Shown here: piece after piece, positions 8,499 through 18,383 of the stretch | Position numbering within the stretch: position 1 is the first letter of the stretch | Layout: the number at the start of each line of letters is the position of its first letter | Notes under the pieces: generated by a model | Databases searched by the model: none | Told to the model about the DNA's origin: nothing | What the model saw: only the letters and a program-made list of their open reading frames with translations | Position numbers and translations under genes: made by a program | Virus record (IMG/VR): IMGVR_UViG_3300017757_000006 | Span: 1 to 59,275 of that record | Reading direction: 5' to 3' (one strand) | DNA: 59,275 nucleotides | Source of the DNA: a virus | Taxonomy: Duplodnaviria > Caudoviricetes

Positions 8499-8705
8499 TT
8501 ACTCAGACTTCCAAATCGTCCAAGCACCATATGCAATTGCAATACCAGCAGCAATCTTTGCAAGGGGCGCCATGAATAGAATCATCAGTCCTAGTGCAAT
8601 ACATACTCCACCATCAAGTGATGTTCTTTCTTTTAGTCGATTGGTAATCCAACCTCTAATTCCAGTTTTTACAACTGCTTTCTTAGTAGCTTTTTTAGTA
8701 GCCAT
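8499..8705 (-). CDS. small 2-TM protein, holin candidate
   Basis: basic N-terminus, RLKERTSLDG, two TM segments; upstream of spanins. Confidence 0.5.
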   Translation of the reverse strand: MATKKATKKAVVKTGIRGWITNRLKERTSLDGGVCIALGLMILFMAPLAKIAAGIAIAYGAWTIWKSE

Positions 8706-8715
8706 ACTCTTCTCC

Positions 8716-9105
8716 TTAAAAAGATAGTTTTGTATCTGGAGTCTTGAAGTCTTTCTTTCTCATAACAGTCTTCGCAACTAAGTCCAGTTCTTTACCATCC
8801 CACTTTAATACAAACGGCATATTAACATCTGTTTGCATATCGTTGATTACCGCCTCGGCATCAGGCCCAAGTTTGGCAATCTTCTTACCGTACTTCTTAT
8901 AAGACTGTTTGAATAATCTAATAAGTTCTGCAACAGTAATCTGTTTCTTATTTCGTGTATCATTCACTCTATCTAAAAAGTGTCTGGTAAACTCAACATC
9001 AATACCGACTGCTTTATATAGTCTATCGGCATACTTCTCAACACCATCTAAGTCTTGCTTAGTAATCTCTTGTTCTGATAACAGATGTTGTCTGAAGGTT
9101 TTCAT
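8716..9105 (-). CDS. hypothetical protein with CTS-like N-terminus, possible BECR-fold domain
   Basis: MKTFRQHLLSE; VEFTRHFLDRVND...KTVMRK. Confidence 0.7.
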   Translation of the reverse strand: MKTFRQHLLSEQEITKQDLDGVEKYADRLYKAVGIDVEFTRHFLDRVNDTRNKKQITVAELIRLFKQSYKKYGKKIAKLGPDAEAVINDMQTDVNMPFVLKWDGKELDLVAKTVMRKKDFKTPDTKLSF

Positions 9106-9109
9106 TGTT

Positions 9110-9640
9110 CTATTTTACTTTAGACAATGCAAAGTTGGCAATCTTCTGAAAGTCTGCCTTTTTACCATTAATAAGTTTCTTCATCTTATCTTTATTAGAT
9201 TTGTTTACTAAATCAAATACCTGTGTAACGGCAGAGGCAGTAAACATATCTACCTTCATAGAACCATCTTTGAATTTCACAGATTTGTGTTGTTTGGTTT
9301 TTACAATGTTCTTTAGAACGTCAATGTTGTCTTCTGCAAGAAGATATTCATGTTCTCTATTGATTGTGTTTTCTTGAACCTTTGCGGCAAGTTTGGATTG
9401 TTTTTTCATTTCTCTTTTTGCCTTCAGTTCAGTCATACGTTTGTAGAACTTTCTTGCTTCCTTTGTTCTACCATCGTATGGGGATTTTGTTTTTGTTTTC
9501 TTTTTCTTCCAATGTACTGGATCATCTCCTGTACCAGCAACAGCAGCACCTGTTGAATTTGCTGGGGCGTCTTCCTGTGTCAACCCCAACATTGGATCGT
9601 CATAAAACTTTTTCATTAATTCATCAAAGTTAAGTGACAT
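9110..9640 (-). CDS. basic hypothetical protein, probable head-internal
   Basis: Lys-rich; EDAPANSTGAAVAG and YDGRTK motifs. Confidence 0.7.
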   Translation of the reverse strand: MSLNFDELMKKFYDDPMLGLTQEDAPANSTGAAVAGTGDDPVHWKKKKTKTKSPYDGRTKEARKFYKRMTELKAKREMKKQSKLAAKVQENTINREHEYLLAEDNIDVLKNIVKTKQHKSVKFKDGSMKVDMFTASAVTQVFDLVNKSNKDKMKKLINGKKADFQKIANFALSKVK

Positions 9641-9641
9641 A

Positions 9642-10256
9642 CTATAAATCTCCTATGTCTAATTCCTTTATATCCTCAGAAGATACAAATATCTTCTGTT
9701 TTGTTTTGTTATGAATTACAGGAAACACATCTACGCCAAGGATAGTATCAGCGGGTGGTGTATCTTCGAATGCTTCAACTTCGTCACCTTGAAGGGCATC
9801 AAAGTCTTCTTCATCTTCTCCTGTTACGATAACGTCCTGTGTAAGAACATAAATTCCTTTAGATAACTTACCGTTATCCAAAGTTACTTCTTCCACAATA
9901 GTATTGTCAAGTTCAATATTATTTTCTTGTAAGTATTTCAAAAATTCTTTTTCAAACACTTGAGGGTCTTCAACATGTTCCTTAAAGGTATCTTTCAATA
10001 AGAATAGCGCAGCAGCATACGTTCCTACCTTAGAACGTAATCCTGGCACCTTACCAAATATTTTCTTGATATTAAAGACAAGCTTATGCAATACAGTGTA
10101 TGCACTCTGCTCTGTTTGTTTGTACAGTTTCTTGCCTGCTATACGATTACCATTCTCATCAATGATGCCAAGTTTATATGCATCAGTCTTTACGAATGGC
10201 GTTGTTAACAGTCTAATGAAACGGTAGGTAACAAATAAATCAATTGCTCTTCCCAT
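9642..10256 (-). CDS. conserved T4-like protein (61.1-like)
   Basis: AIDLFVTYRFIRLLTTPF...AYKLGIIDENG resembles T4-family 61.1. Confidence 0.65.
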   Translation of the reverse strand: MGRAIDLFVTYRFIRLLTTPFVKTDAYKLGIIDENGNRIAGKKLYKQTEQSAYTVLHKLVFNIKKIFGKVPGLRSKVGTYAAALFLLKDTFKEHVEDPQVFEKEFLKYLQENNIELDNTIVEEVTLDNGKLSKGIYVLTQDVIVTGEDEEDFDALQGDEVEAFEDTPPADTILGVDVFPVIHNKTKQKIFVSSEDIKELDIGDL

Positions 10257-10618
10257 TATAGTTTCCCTAGAACTTCCTTAATTCTCAAATCTTCGTGAAT
10301 ATCTTGTAGTTCTGATTCTGGCAACATACCTAAAAATTTCATAAAAGTTTTTAGAGTTGTCCAGTAAACAGGCTCAATCTTAAATATCAACAAAGTAGAA
10401 CCAGCATCTACCCCAAATACATTAGTGATAACAATTAAATGATTTAGTATCAAGCGTTCTTTCAGTTCACCACTCTCATGGTATTTTCTGAACAAACGCT
10501 TAAGATACTTAAAGCGTTTCATGTCATCATCGAATTCGGGTTCACCTTCACATTGAGGATTGTTGTAATGTTTTATTGCAAACATCCTAACATTCTCATT
10601 AGTTATTTTTTCAAACAT
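10256..10618 (-). CDS. conserved hypothetical protein of marine T4-like phages
   Basis: MFAIKHYNNPQC, DMKRFKYLKRL, ERLILNHLI. Confidence 0.7.
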   Translation of the reverse strand: MFEKITNENVRMFAIKHYNNPQCEGEPEFDDDMKRFKYLKRLFRKYHESGELKERLILNHLIVITNVFGVDAGSTLLIFKIEPVYWTTLKTFMKFLGMLPESELQDIHEDLRIKEVLGKL

Positions 10619-10635
10619 TATATGTCTTTAACCGT

Positions 10636-11043
10636 TTATACGATTCTGGTTTTTAGAAAGTGCGTTCCTCCAGATGCGGTATGTTCAATCTCAATTGAAA
10701 GACCACCCTCAACTTTGTGAGAGATACCATCATCGTTAATGTCTTCGCCTGTTTCATCTTTACCGAATCTGCCACCAAACTGTGCAAGTGGCATGGATAC
10801 TTTACTACCCCCTTCTGCGAGTTCAACATCACCAAAAGAAAGTCCTAGTCTACCTAGTCTTTCTCTGATAGTACTCAAAGCATGCTCTGGGACAAGATAT
10901 TCCATCTGTCCCATTGCACCTAAGAATGAGTTGATTCTCTCAACATTTTTGGGGTTAGCAATATCATTTGAAAAGGAATCAGTATCCACTGGATAACCAG
11001 CGTCTGTTGCCTTCTCTGTTATGAATTTACTAAAGTTTTTCAT
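10636..11043 (-). CDS. hypothetical protein with CTS-like N-terminus
   Basis: MKNFSKFITE closely resembles T4 IP signal MKTYQEFIAE. Confidence 0.75.
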   Translation of the reverse strand: MKNFSKFITEKATDAGYPVDTDSFSNDIANPKNVERINSFLGAMGQMEYLVPEHALSTIRERLGRLGLSFGDVELAEGGSKVSMPLAQFGGRFGKDETGEDINDDGISHKVEGGLSIEIEHTASGGTHFLKTRIV

Positions 11044-11252
11044 TACTCATCATCCTCTTCGTCTTCGTCTTCCAGTTCGTCTTCAAGATCTTCTTCAATC
11101 TCTTCAACTTCTGGTTCAACGTCAGAATGATTTGGGTTTACTTCTAGAATTTCTTGAAGTGTTTCTGTTTCAGAATTTTGCGCTTGCAATTCTTCCCAAG
11201 TAACAATCTTCTTATTCATCGGTAAACCATTTGCTCCAATACGTTCAGCCAT
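11043..11252 (-). CDS. highly acidic small protein
   Basis: AGGAG SD; D/E-rich C-terminus. Confidence 0.7.
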   Translation of the reverse strand: MAERIGANGLPMNKKIVTWEELQAQNSETETLQEILEVNPNHSDVEPEVEEIEEDLEDELEDEDEEDDE

Positions 11253-11262
11253 GATTATCTCC

Positions 11263-11715
11263 TTATGCTAATACTGCACCGTTGTTTGCAACGACTACCC
11301 AGCTACTGTTTGTAAATAAACAAGTAACAGTATCACCAACAGAATTAAATGTGATAGTACTGTAACCAGTAAGATTGGCAGGAGTTACAACTGAGTTGTT
11401 AGAACCGCCTTTTACAATCATAGTTAGAATTTTGATTTGACCATTTGTACCATTCGCCATCGCACCAGCGTGAGCGCCGGCAGTTGTGTTGATGTGCGTA
11501 ATAGACTTAGTAACGTCAATCGCTTCACTCGTTGTATCACATAGGTGAACGGTATCATCCAATGCAATATATGTTGGAATGTTATTAAAGAAGTTAGCAA
11601 CTGTCAACTTCTTGTTAACAGGGTTGCCACTTGGGTCATCAATAACGTGTAATAGATCCTCGGCGGCAATGCCTGAACCTAGATCTGCTAGTGCAGTAAT
11701 TTTTTTATCTGCCAT
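11263..11715 (-). CDS. putative virion structural/decoration protein
   Basis: MADKKITAL start, beta-rich C-terminal domain (NGQIKIL...W). Confidence 0.6.
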   Translation of the reverse strand: MADKKITALADLGSGIAAEDLLHVIDDPSGNPVNKKLTVANFFNNIPTYIALDDTVHLCDTTSEAIDVTKSITHINTTAGAHAGAMANGTNGQIKILTMIVKGGSNNSVVTPANLTGYSTITFNSVGDTVTCLFTNSSWVVVANNGAVLA

Positions 11716-11742
11716 TTCTTTTCTCCTTAATTGTTAAAACCC

Positions 11743-11997
11743 TCAACTCAGTACAGTATTTACTGCACTATTGTCTTGCGAGGGAATGCTACTGTCGGGA
11801 CTCGACTCACTTAATTGGTTTAGAAATACATCACATTGTTGGATTGCGCCTTGTAAAGCATTACCCTGTGAAGTTAACTGCACCTTCATTCTTTCTAGTT
11901 CATTCAGGCGTTCTTGAACTTTGTCTAGATCGCCCTTCAGAACATTTTTAGTTTCTTCAATTTCGCTAACACTAAGTGTCTTTTCATTTTTTTTCAT
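11743..11997 (-). CDS. coiled-coil small protein
   Basis: late promoter at 12020-12027 and GAGG SD; heptad pattern. Confidence 0.7.
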   Translation of the reverse strand: MKKNEKTLSVSEIEETKNVLKGDLDKVQERLNELERMKVQLTSQGNALQGAIQQCDVFLNQLSESSPDSSIPSQDNSAVNTVLS

Positions 11998-12019
11998 AAT
12001 AACCTCTATATTATACTTT

Positions 12020-12027
12020 TATTTATA
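12020..12027 (-). promoter_or_regulatory. T4-type late promoter TATAAATA
   Basis: exact consensus, intergenic. Confidence 0.75.
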
Positions 12028-12031
12028 CTAC

Positions 12032-13063
12032 TTATGCGACTACAGTTAACGACTGTTGAGTTGCACCAGTTGTTGCAAGTGCAGCAGCAGAACCAGCAAG
12101 TGTTGCAGTTGCCTGTTGAGCAAGTCCTGTACCAGCAAGTAGAATGTCTGGAGCAGTTGAATAACCAGCACCAGCGGCGTTCACTGCAAGTGAAGCGACT
12201 GCAAGTGTCAAGTCAAATGTTGCACCAGAACCACTACCAGTATTTACTGATTGTTGTGCAATTCCTGTAACACCACCAGCGATTGCAGAGTATACGCCTG
12301 GAGCAGCAGGTTTTACTGTTGCAGTTAATACTGCACCAGAGTTAACTGTTGCAACTACTAGTACTGCATTAGTTCCTGTACCGAAACCGTTTGCAATAGT
12401 AATTTCGTTACCTACTGCATAGTTAGCACCACCAGCAGCAACTGTCGCAGAGTGTACTTTAGCAACAAGTGTATTTACTGTACCAACTGTAGTTGATGCA
12501 ACATTCGTATCAACTGAAGCAGTTGGGAATGTTGTAGAACCAGCAGTTGCAGTAGCAATAGCGATTGATGCAAGTTTGTCACCTTCTGCACCAACAATAG
12601 TACCACCGTTAAGTGTTACTGCTGAAGCAGATGGTGAACCACCACCAATTTTCAGCACGTCTGTTGCAGAAACAGTTTGAGATGCTTTAGTGAATCTCAA
12701 CTTGTTAGTTCCTGTACCACTTGCGTAGTCTAGTGTGTAATCTCCGTTACCAGCACTTGAGTTGTTGGCATTATCCACAACCAACCTTGGAGTACCAGTT
12801 ACAACAACCTTTTCGTTGAATGTGACATCAACAGAAATTGTTCTTGAACCAGCAGCAAGAGATGATTGTACGAAACGCACAGCAGTAATATCAGAAGCAT
12901 TTAATGCACCTGACAATCCACCGATTGCACAAATGACTTCTTCAAGTCCTTTGCCGTTTAATTGTGTCCAACCAGCATTGGTTGCAAACACGTTAGTTTT
13001 TTGGTCAGCAGTGAGCCACTTTGGTTTGGCTTCATCTGCATCTGTATTTCCCCATAGGGCCAT
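12032..13063 (-). CDS. putative virion surface/decoration protein
   Basis: MALWG start, Ala/Gly/Thr-rich beta domains (VTFNEKV, YASGTGTNKLRF, GGANYAVG, GAGYSTAP). Confidence 0.65.
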   Translation of the reverse strand: MALWGNTDADEAKPKWLTADQKTNVFATNAGWTQLNGKGLEEVICAIGGLSGALNASDITAVRFVQSSLAAGSRTISVDVTFNEKVVVTGTPRLVVDNANNSSAGNGDYTLDYASGTGTNKLRFTKASQTVSATDVLKIGGGSPSASAVTLNGGTIVGAEGDKLASIAIATATAGSTTFPTASVDTNVASTTVGTVNTLVAKVHSATVAAGGANYAVGNEITIANGFGTGTNAVLVVATVNSGAVLTATVKPAAPGVYSAIAGGVTGIAQQSVNTGSGSGATFDLTLAVASLAVNAAGAGYSTAPDILLAGTGLAQQATATLAGSAAALATTGATQQSLTVVA

Positions 13064-13097
13064 GATATTTCTCCTAGTTTATTGTTTACTTATCTAT

Positions 13098-13610
13098 TTA
13101 TCTAAATCCATTTCTCTTCAGCTGAGAAATAGTGTTGTTGGGGGATGTATGATGAATCCCAATACCACCGGCAGCCTCCCATTCTTTGATATTTTTGAGA
13201 TAATCATCAATCAAAATGTTGGGTTTACCGCTTGTCGTGGCATATTTCTGTTTATCTGCACGTTGCACCAAATGAATCCTACCAGTAGGTCTTGCATTTT
13301 TTGCTAACCACTTCTTCTTGCCAGGTCTACTGTTCGCATCCCTGTTAGAATATGCAGACAAGATGTTTGCTTTATATCTATTAATAAATTTCCACATCTT
13401 TTCAGAACCAGGCATCCAATCAAGTGTCGCCCAGAAATCCTTCTTGGACGTAATTGCATCCCATCGTTCTTCTTTGTCAGTCTTATCGAACTTCTTACCT
13501 GTAAGTTTTTCATAACCACCGATAAAATTACAGATAACCTGATCCATATCACAATAGATTTGTGGAAGTTCTTCTTCTGAAATCTTTGTAAGTTCCACAA
13601 GACTTTTCAT
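13098..13610 (-). CDS. HAD-family 5'(3')-nucleotidase-like protein
   Basis: YCDMDQVI, ILSA, GKKKW, ILIDD...NIKEWEAAGGIGI. Confidence 0.85.
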   Translation of the reverse strand: MKSLVELTKISEEELPQIYCDMDQVICNFIGGYEKLTGKKFDKTDKEERWDAITSKKDFWATLDWMPGSEKMWKFINRYKANILSAYSNRDANSRPGKKKWLAKNARPTGRIHLVQRADKQKYATTSGKPNILIDDYLKNIKEWEAAGGIGIHHTSPNNTISQLKRNGFR

Positions 13611-13613
13611 TTA

Positions 13614-14204
13614 TTAGTCCTTCTCTTTTGGGGAGACTTGAACTTTAGACATAGGTTTACCTGTCATTGTGGTATCACCACCTTTGATAGTCTTTTTCTT
13701 TTCGTCTTCATCATCATCTTCTTCAGTCTTACCATCTGCTTTCTTTGCGGCCGCTTCCCACATTGCACGAACAGAATCAGCAACTGTATCTTCTTTCATA
13801 GACTTAGAAACTGCCTTGCGTCTTTTGTGCAAGAACTTATCAGAGTCATCAACATCACCATCGTTGTCGATATCTTTGTCTTTACGGTCAGCAAACTTCT
13901 TCTTTACTGCTTTAGGTTGAACTGCGTCCAAACCTTCACCGTCATCAGACTTATCATTTTTATTGGTTTCTGTTTTCAGAACTTCTTCAACGTCATACTG
14001 TTTACCGCCGATAGTAAAGGTCTTGTCACCTTTTTCTTTTGCCATCTTTGCAGCATGGATGTAGTTATTCTCATCCTTTTCGTCTTTGGGTTTCTCACCC
14101 TTTTCTTTTTTAGAGATAGCGATTGCAGCTTGTTGAGCAGGGGAAACTGCCTCAAGCACAGCCTGTTCTAGACTACCTTCTTTTGTTTTAAGATACTTGG
14201 GCAT
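13614..14204 (-). CDS. charged hypothetical protein with DxDxDG (EF-hand-like) loop
   Basis: DKDIDNDGDVDDSDKFL; AGGAG SD before MPKY. Confidence 0.7.
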   Translation of the reverse strand: MPKYLKTKEGSLEQAVLEAVSPAQQAAIAISKKEKGEKPKDEKDENNYIHAAKMAKEKGDKTFTIGGKQYDVEEVLKTETNKNDKSDDGEGLDAVQPKAVKKKFADRKDKDIDNDGDVDDSDKFLHKRRKAVSKSMKEDTVADSVRAMWEAAAKKADGKTEEDDDEDEKKKTIKGGDTTMTGKPMSKVQVSPKEKD

Positions 14205-14205
14205 A

Positions 14206-15771
14206 TTATTTCTCCTGTGCATTCATCTTGTTAATAGTTTCTTGCGCCTTTGCGATTTGCAACTGCAACTGTGCGATACGAGTTTTCTTCTTATCATCAC
14301 GCCCCTGTTCTACCTCTTTAGCAGAATCTGGTTTCTTGGGTTCTTCTTCTTCTTTTACTTCAGGCTTATCGTGTGTATAACCCATCTTCTTCATTTTAAG
14401 ATGGTCATCCATAGTATTCGCCTTATAACCTTTACCAGTTTTAGGGTCGTACATCATGTGTGGTTCAAAGTTTTCTGGTAGTGGTTGTGATGGCCACTGA
14501 ATTGGTTCAATACCTTCTTTGATATCTACAGGCGAAACTGCCATATCTCCGAAAGCCATTGTAACCTTTCCATCTCTTTTATACAAATATCTTTTAGCAC
14601 TTGTAGGACTATCTTTTCTTGCCATAGTAATCTTTTCTACTGTACCTCTGCGAACCATATTCTTAGACTTGACAATATACTCAATAAAATCTTTACCCTT
14701 CTCTAGTGTAGAGTCGTGTTTGATTTTAACAGTAGAACCTTTCTTCAGTTTATCAAAAACTCGAAGCAACTTAGGGTCGTTCATCTTCATGCCTTCAACC
14801 AAAGCGTCTGTGATTTCTACTTCTTCTTTGTACATATTAAGTTCATATCTCTTATTGTCAAGATTTGCAACTTGAATTTGTACACCTTTAGACTTTCCTT
14901 TTTTATCCATACCCATCAAACGATATTTGTTTGTTTTTCCTGATGATGGTTTACGAGGCCCCATTGCAACTTTATCATCTATTTCATCTGAGTCAATTTC
15001 AATTCCAAGTTTCTTTTTTGCATAGTCATATGCATGTTGCATTGCAGCAGAGAATGTCTTGTGATATAAGTCATACTTCTCATCAAGTTCAACTTCTTCA
15101 CCCATTCTAAGTTGTTTTGAGACCATCTTAGTAGTGTTCAACATATCACGATACGACTTAGAAATCATAGCGACAAACTTTTCTTTGTCTCGTGGTTTAC
15201 GAATCATGTCGTATGCTTTTAGTAGAGTATCAACAATCTTAGAATCAACTTTTTGTTTCTTGCCGTCTTGGAATTCTAAAGAAAAGTTACCTCGTGTATC
15301 CATAGCTTTACGCAACTGTGTAACCATATTCTTACCAGCAGACTTCTGATCAGCATCAGTTGCAACGTCATCAACGTCAGCAGGGTCAATACCACGTTTA
15401 CCCATAGCCCTCATTGCATCACGTTTTGCCTTAGATGATTCTTTTACATCTTTAGGTTTGCCACATGACTCACATATTGATTCTTTACAATCACAATCAC
15501 ATGAACACATCTCTTTAACCTCTGGGTCATAGTCCGTGTTTAGTCTTTTCAGAACAGCAGCAACCTGTGGGTGGTCTGCCAATCCCTTTTTAATTTTCTC
15601 AATCGTTCTTACTGCACCACTATAGTTACCACCTTTGTAACGTGGGTCGTTTGCAATACCGATTGCCATTTTTACTTGTTTAGTGGTATACCCTCTAGAT
15701 TGAAACTTTTCATCCAATCCCTCACGAACCTCTTGAAGAGCTTCAGTCATAGTTTTAGTATATCTAGTCAT
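14206..15771 (-). CDS. multi-module basic protein, probable head-internal polyprotein
   Basis: modules separated by (V/L/I)-X-E; CSCDCDC..CESC; YHKTFSAAMQ...RYELNMY; HMMYDPKTGK. Confidence 0.75.
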   Translation of the reverse strand: MTRYTKTMTEALQEVREGLDEKFQSRGYTTKQVKMAIGIANDPRYKGGNYSGAVRTIEKIKKGLADHPQVAAVLKRLNTDYDPEVKEMCSCDCDCKESICESCGKPKDVKESSKAKRDAMRAMGKRGIDPADVDDVATDADQKSAGKNMVTQLRKAMDTRGNFSLEFQDGKKQKVDSKIVDTLLKAYDMIRKPRDKEKFVAMISKSYRDMLNTTKMVSKQLRMGEEVELDEKYDLYHKTFSAAMQHAYDYAKKKLGIEIDSDEIDDKVAMGPRKPSSGKTNKYRLMGMDKKGKSKGVQIQVANLDNKRYELNMYKEEVEITDALVEGMKMNDPKLLRVFDKLKKGSTVKIKHDSTLEKGKDFIEYIVKSKNMVRRGTVEKITMARKDSPTSAKRYLYKRDGKVTMAFGDMAVSPVDIKEGIEPIQWPSQPLPENFEPHMMYDPKTGKGYKANTMDDHLKMKKMGYTHDKPEVKEEEEPKKPDSAKEVEQGRDDKKKTRIAQLQLQIAKAQETINKMNAQEK

Positions 15772-16039
15772 TTTTTTCTTCCCAAATTTTAAGAACTAGT
15801 TGACCCGTTCTCTTTATTATTCTGTGATACTCCATCTTAGGTATCCTGTATAGTTTTCCTTTTGACATCTCTTCTGGTAATTGATTGTCCATTTGTAATT
15901 TCCAACCTATACCAGATATGACAGATACTTCTCTTGTCCTTTTATCTCTGTGCCAGATTAACTCTTGTTCATCTACAGACTCACTAAAAGTTCTCAGTAT
16001 TGTATCTTCGTGTCTTTGGTCATCATATGGGTTTACCAA
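15764..16039 (-). CDS. small cupin-like protein
   Basis: ELIWHRD...GWKLQMD...IPKMEYHRIIK. Confidence 0.6.
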   Translation of the reverse strand: MVNPYDDQRHEDTILRTFSESVDEQELIWHRDKRTREVSVISGIGWKLQMDNQLPEEMSKGKLYRIPKMEYHRIIKRTGQLVLKIWEEKND

Positions 16040-17991
16040 AAGAAGTTGCCCCCACCAGACAAACCAAGTTGTTTAGCATATCTCGGCATGTTACATGCCC
16101 AATATCCTGCCTTTGTCTTATCTTTTTTATTTGCACAATCATGTCTTGCAGCAAATGATTTTCTTGCCTCTTTGTCATTTAACTTGATTTTTAATCCAGT
16201 TGTATCACCCCATGATACCTTTTTGATATTTCCAGATGATGGGTCTTTGACATAGACATAGTATTTCTTCGGCCCGCCTGCCTTAGGTTTATTTAGTTCA
16301 ACGTCTTTTCCTTGATACTCTGATTCCATCATTGGACAATCTAGTGGAACATTCTCCCCCTCATAGACTGCGTACTTACCGATATCACCTTCCATCAATT
16401 CCTTATTGAACCCTGTAGGATTAAACTCTCCAGACTTATACTCAACTCTTTTCTCTTGGAAGAACTCGTAGTACTTCTCAGAACCAACACGATATTCGTT
16501 TGATTCTATTAAACTTGCAGTCTTGCATTCTTGACAACAATCTTCTGTTCCACAATGCAAATGTTCTTTGAATGAGATGATAGGTTTAGAAGGAGCCATT
16601 TGATTACTTTCTTTTACTTCAGTTTCTTCTTTCTGTCCCTTTGCTTGTTTCCACAAGTCTGCATCACCAGTAGTTCTAGTCTTACCACCAGTGATAAAAG
16701 AGTTAACTCTAGCAAACGCCCACTGCTGTGGTGTTGTGCCAGGGCGGTGTCCTGTCTTCCACGCCGCCATACCTCTATCGTATACTTTCTTTAGAATACC
16801 ATATGAGATACCAGACTTGTCTGCTTTCTTAACAAGTCCTTCAATCTTCTCATCTAGCAACATAAGTTCAACTTCAGGCGGATAATTATATCCCTCTTTA
16901 GGAACACAGTTTGGCACCATTTTGCCGCCCTTCTTCTTCATTCCTTGTTGTGTGTGAGTATCCCAACATGGGTCGTCTTCACCAAACATTTGTTTGAACT
17001 TCTTTGTATGCTTGGATGGTTTAGTCTCTGCACCCTTATCGCCAGGAGCAGGCCCATCCTTTGCTTTTGCAAAATGTGCTGCACGTTTCTTTTTAGTAGA
17101 TACTGACATTTCATCACCATCAGCATCTTTTGCATAATACTTTGCTGGTTCAGTACCTTTTCTATCTTTAATATCTTTGTCTTGTTTTACTTCATATAAC
17201 CACTTCTTGTGAGTAGTACCGTCTTGTTCTGAGAACACAAGATAGTTTGTGCCTCTACGAATAACTTTACCAGATACGCCTGTGTAGTTATCTTCTACAA
17301 TATCACCAATTGCATAGATTGTACCTTCAATGTACATATCACGAATTACATCTTCTTCTGTCTGTTCTACTTGGTGTACAATGAAAGACTCACGAATGCC
17401 CATATGTTTACGAACATCTTTGAATAAAGACATTCCTTGTTTGAAGTTTTTAGGAAGTCCATTCTTAAAAGAATCAAAATCATCAGCAGATGCTGCAGCA
17501 CGCATCTTAGAAGCAGACATCCCTGTCACTCCCTCTGCATCTGGGTCTCTTTCACCAGCAGATACAACCTCAATATTGTCGAACCCATAGTAACCGTGTC
17601 TACCTTCAACACCATTATACTTGTTCAACAATGTATCAAACTCTGTTACACGATCAGAACCAACAACCATCACGACTGATTTATGTCCTTTATTGTGTAG
17701 TGATACTGCAATTTCGAATACTTGTCTCGCTTTATCAACAACAATGTTCCTTGCATGTTTTGGGAACATCTTCTTCATGTAAGCAACTTTCTTACTGTAA
17801 GGAAGAGGGTCTTTCTTAGGGTTCTCTGAGTGTGATGCAAAAACATAGTATGGAGCGCCAGGATTTTTCTTTGCCTGTTTCTCTACTGCTTCTAAAAGTT
17901 TTTCATGTCCTGTAGTTGGTGGATTGAATCTACCAAAGGTGAAAACACATGTATCCCCACGAGCTTCTCTAATGTCTTTGAAACTTTTCAT
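16033..17991 (-). CDS. HIGH-motif nucleotidyltransferase (cytidylyltransferase-like) fused to several small domains
   Basis: FTFGRFNPPTTGHEKL, VVGSDR, MSASKMR; later PCW..VPNCVP, RGMAAWKTGHRPG...ARVNSF, ARKSFAARHDC. Confidence 0.85.
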   Translation of the reverse strand: MKSFKDIREARGDTCVFTFGRFNPPTTGHEKLLEAVEKQAKKNPGAPYYVFASHSENPKKDPLPYSKKVAYMKKMFPKHARNIVVDKARQVFEIAVSLHNKGHKSVVMVVGSDRVTEFDTLLNKYNGVEGRHGYYGFDNIEVVSAGERDPDAEGVTGMSASKMRAAASADDFDSFKNGLPKNFKQGMSLFKDVRKHMGIRESFIVHQVEQTEEDVIRDMYIEGTIYAIGDIVEDNYTGVSGKVIRRGTNYLVFSEQDGTTHKKWLYEVKQDKDIKDRKGTEPAKYYAKDADGDEMSVSTKKKRAAHFAKAKDGPAPGDKGAETKPSKHTKKFKQMFGEDDPCWDTHTQQGMKKKGGKMVPNCVPKEGYNYPPEVELMLLDEKIEGLVKKADKSGISYGILKKVYDRGMAAWKTGHRPGTTPQQWAFARVNSFITGGKTRTTGDADLWKQAKGQKEETEVKESNQMAPSKPIISFKEHLHCGTEDCCQECKTASLIESNEYRVGSEKYYEFFQEKRVEYKSGEFNPTGFNKELMEGDIGKYAVYEGENVPLDCPMMESEYQGKDVELNKPKAGGPKKYYVYVKDPSSGNIKKVSWGDTTGLKIKLNDKEARKSFAARHDCANKKDKTKAGYWACNMPRYAKQLGLSGGGNFFW

Positions 17992-18383
17992 TATTCCGTA
18001 CCCATTCCTCTTGCCTTTTTAAGTCTTTCCAACTCCGACTTACGGAGTTTAACCATTAACTTTTTTGCAATCTTTTTAACTGCAGCGCCCTTAGTTTTCA
18101 TTATTCTATTATCTAGGTTCTGTCTTTGCATCAAAGATAGGTTTGCATATTCGTTTGGTTCTAGTCCAGCAAACTTCTTAATAATAAATTGCTTTGCTTG
18201 TTTATTTGCACGTTGTTTAAGTTTGCCATCTGAGGCTAACTTCTTTTTATTTCTTGCAACCTTTGCCTTGAATGCAGAAGACTTTGTAAGTTTCTTCATT
18301 CGTAAACCCATCTTGCGTCTAGTCGCAACAGACAGCGCTTTACGTTCAGTCAAGTCAGATATGAGATCATTCCATTCAATCAT
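17991..18383 (-). CDS. very basic (Lys/Arg-rich) protein
   Basis: ATGA overlap with upstream gene; nucleic-acid-binding-like composition. Confidence 0.75.
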   Translation of the reverse strand: MIEWNDLISDLTERKALSVATRRKMGLRMKKLTKSSAFKAKVARNKKKLASDGKLKQRANKQAKQFIIKKFAGLEPNEYANLSLMQRQNLDNRIMKTKGAAVKKIAKKLMVKLRKSELERLKKARGMGTE

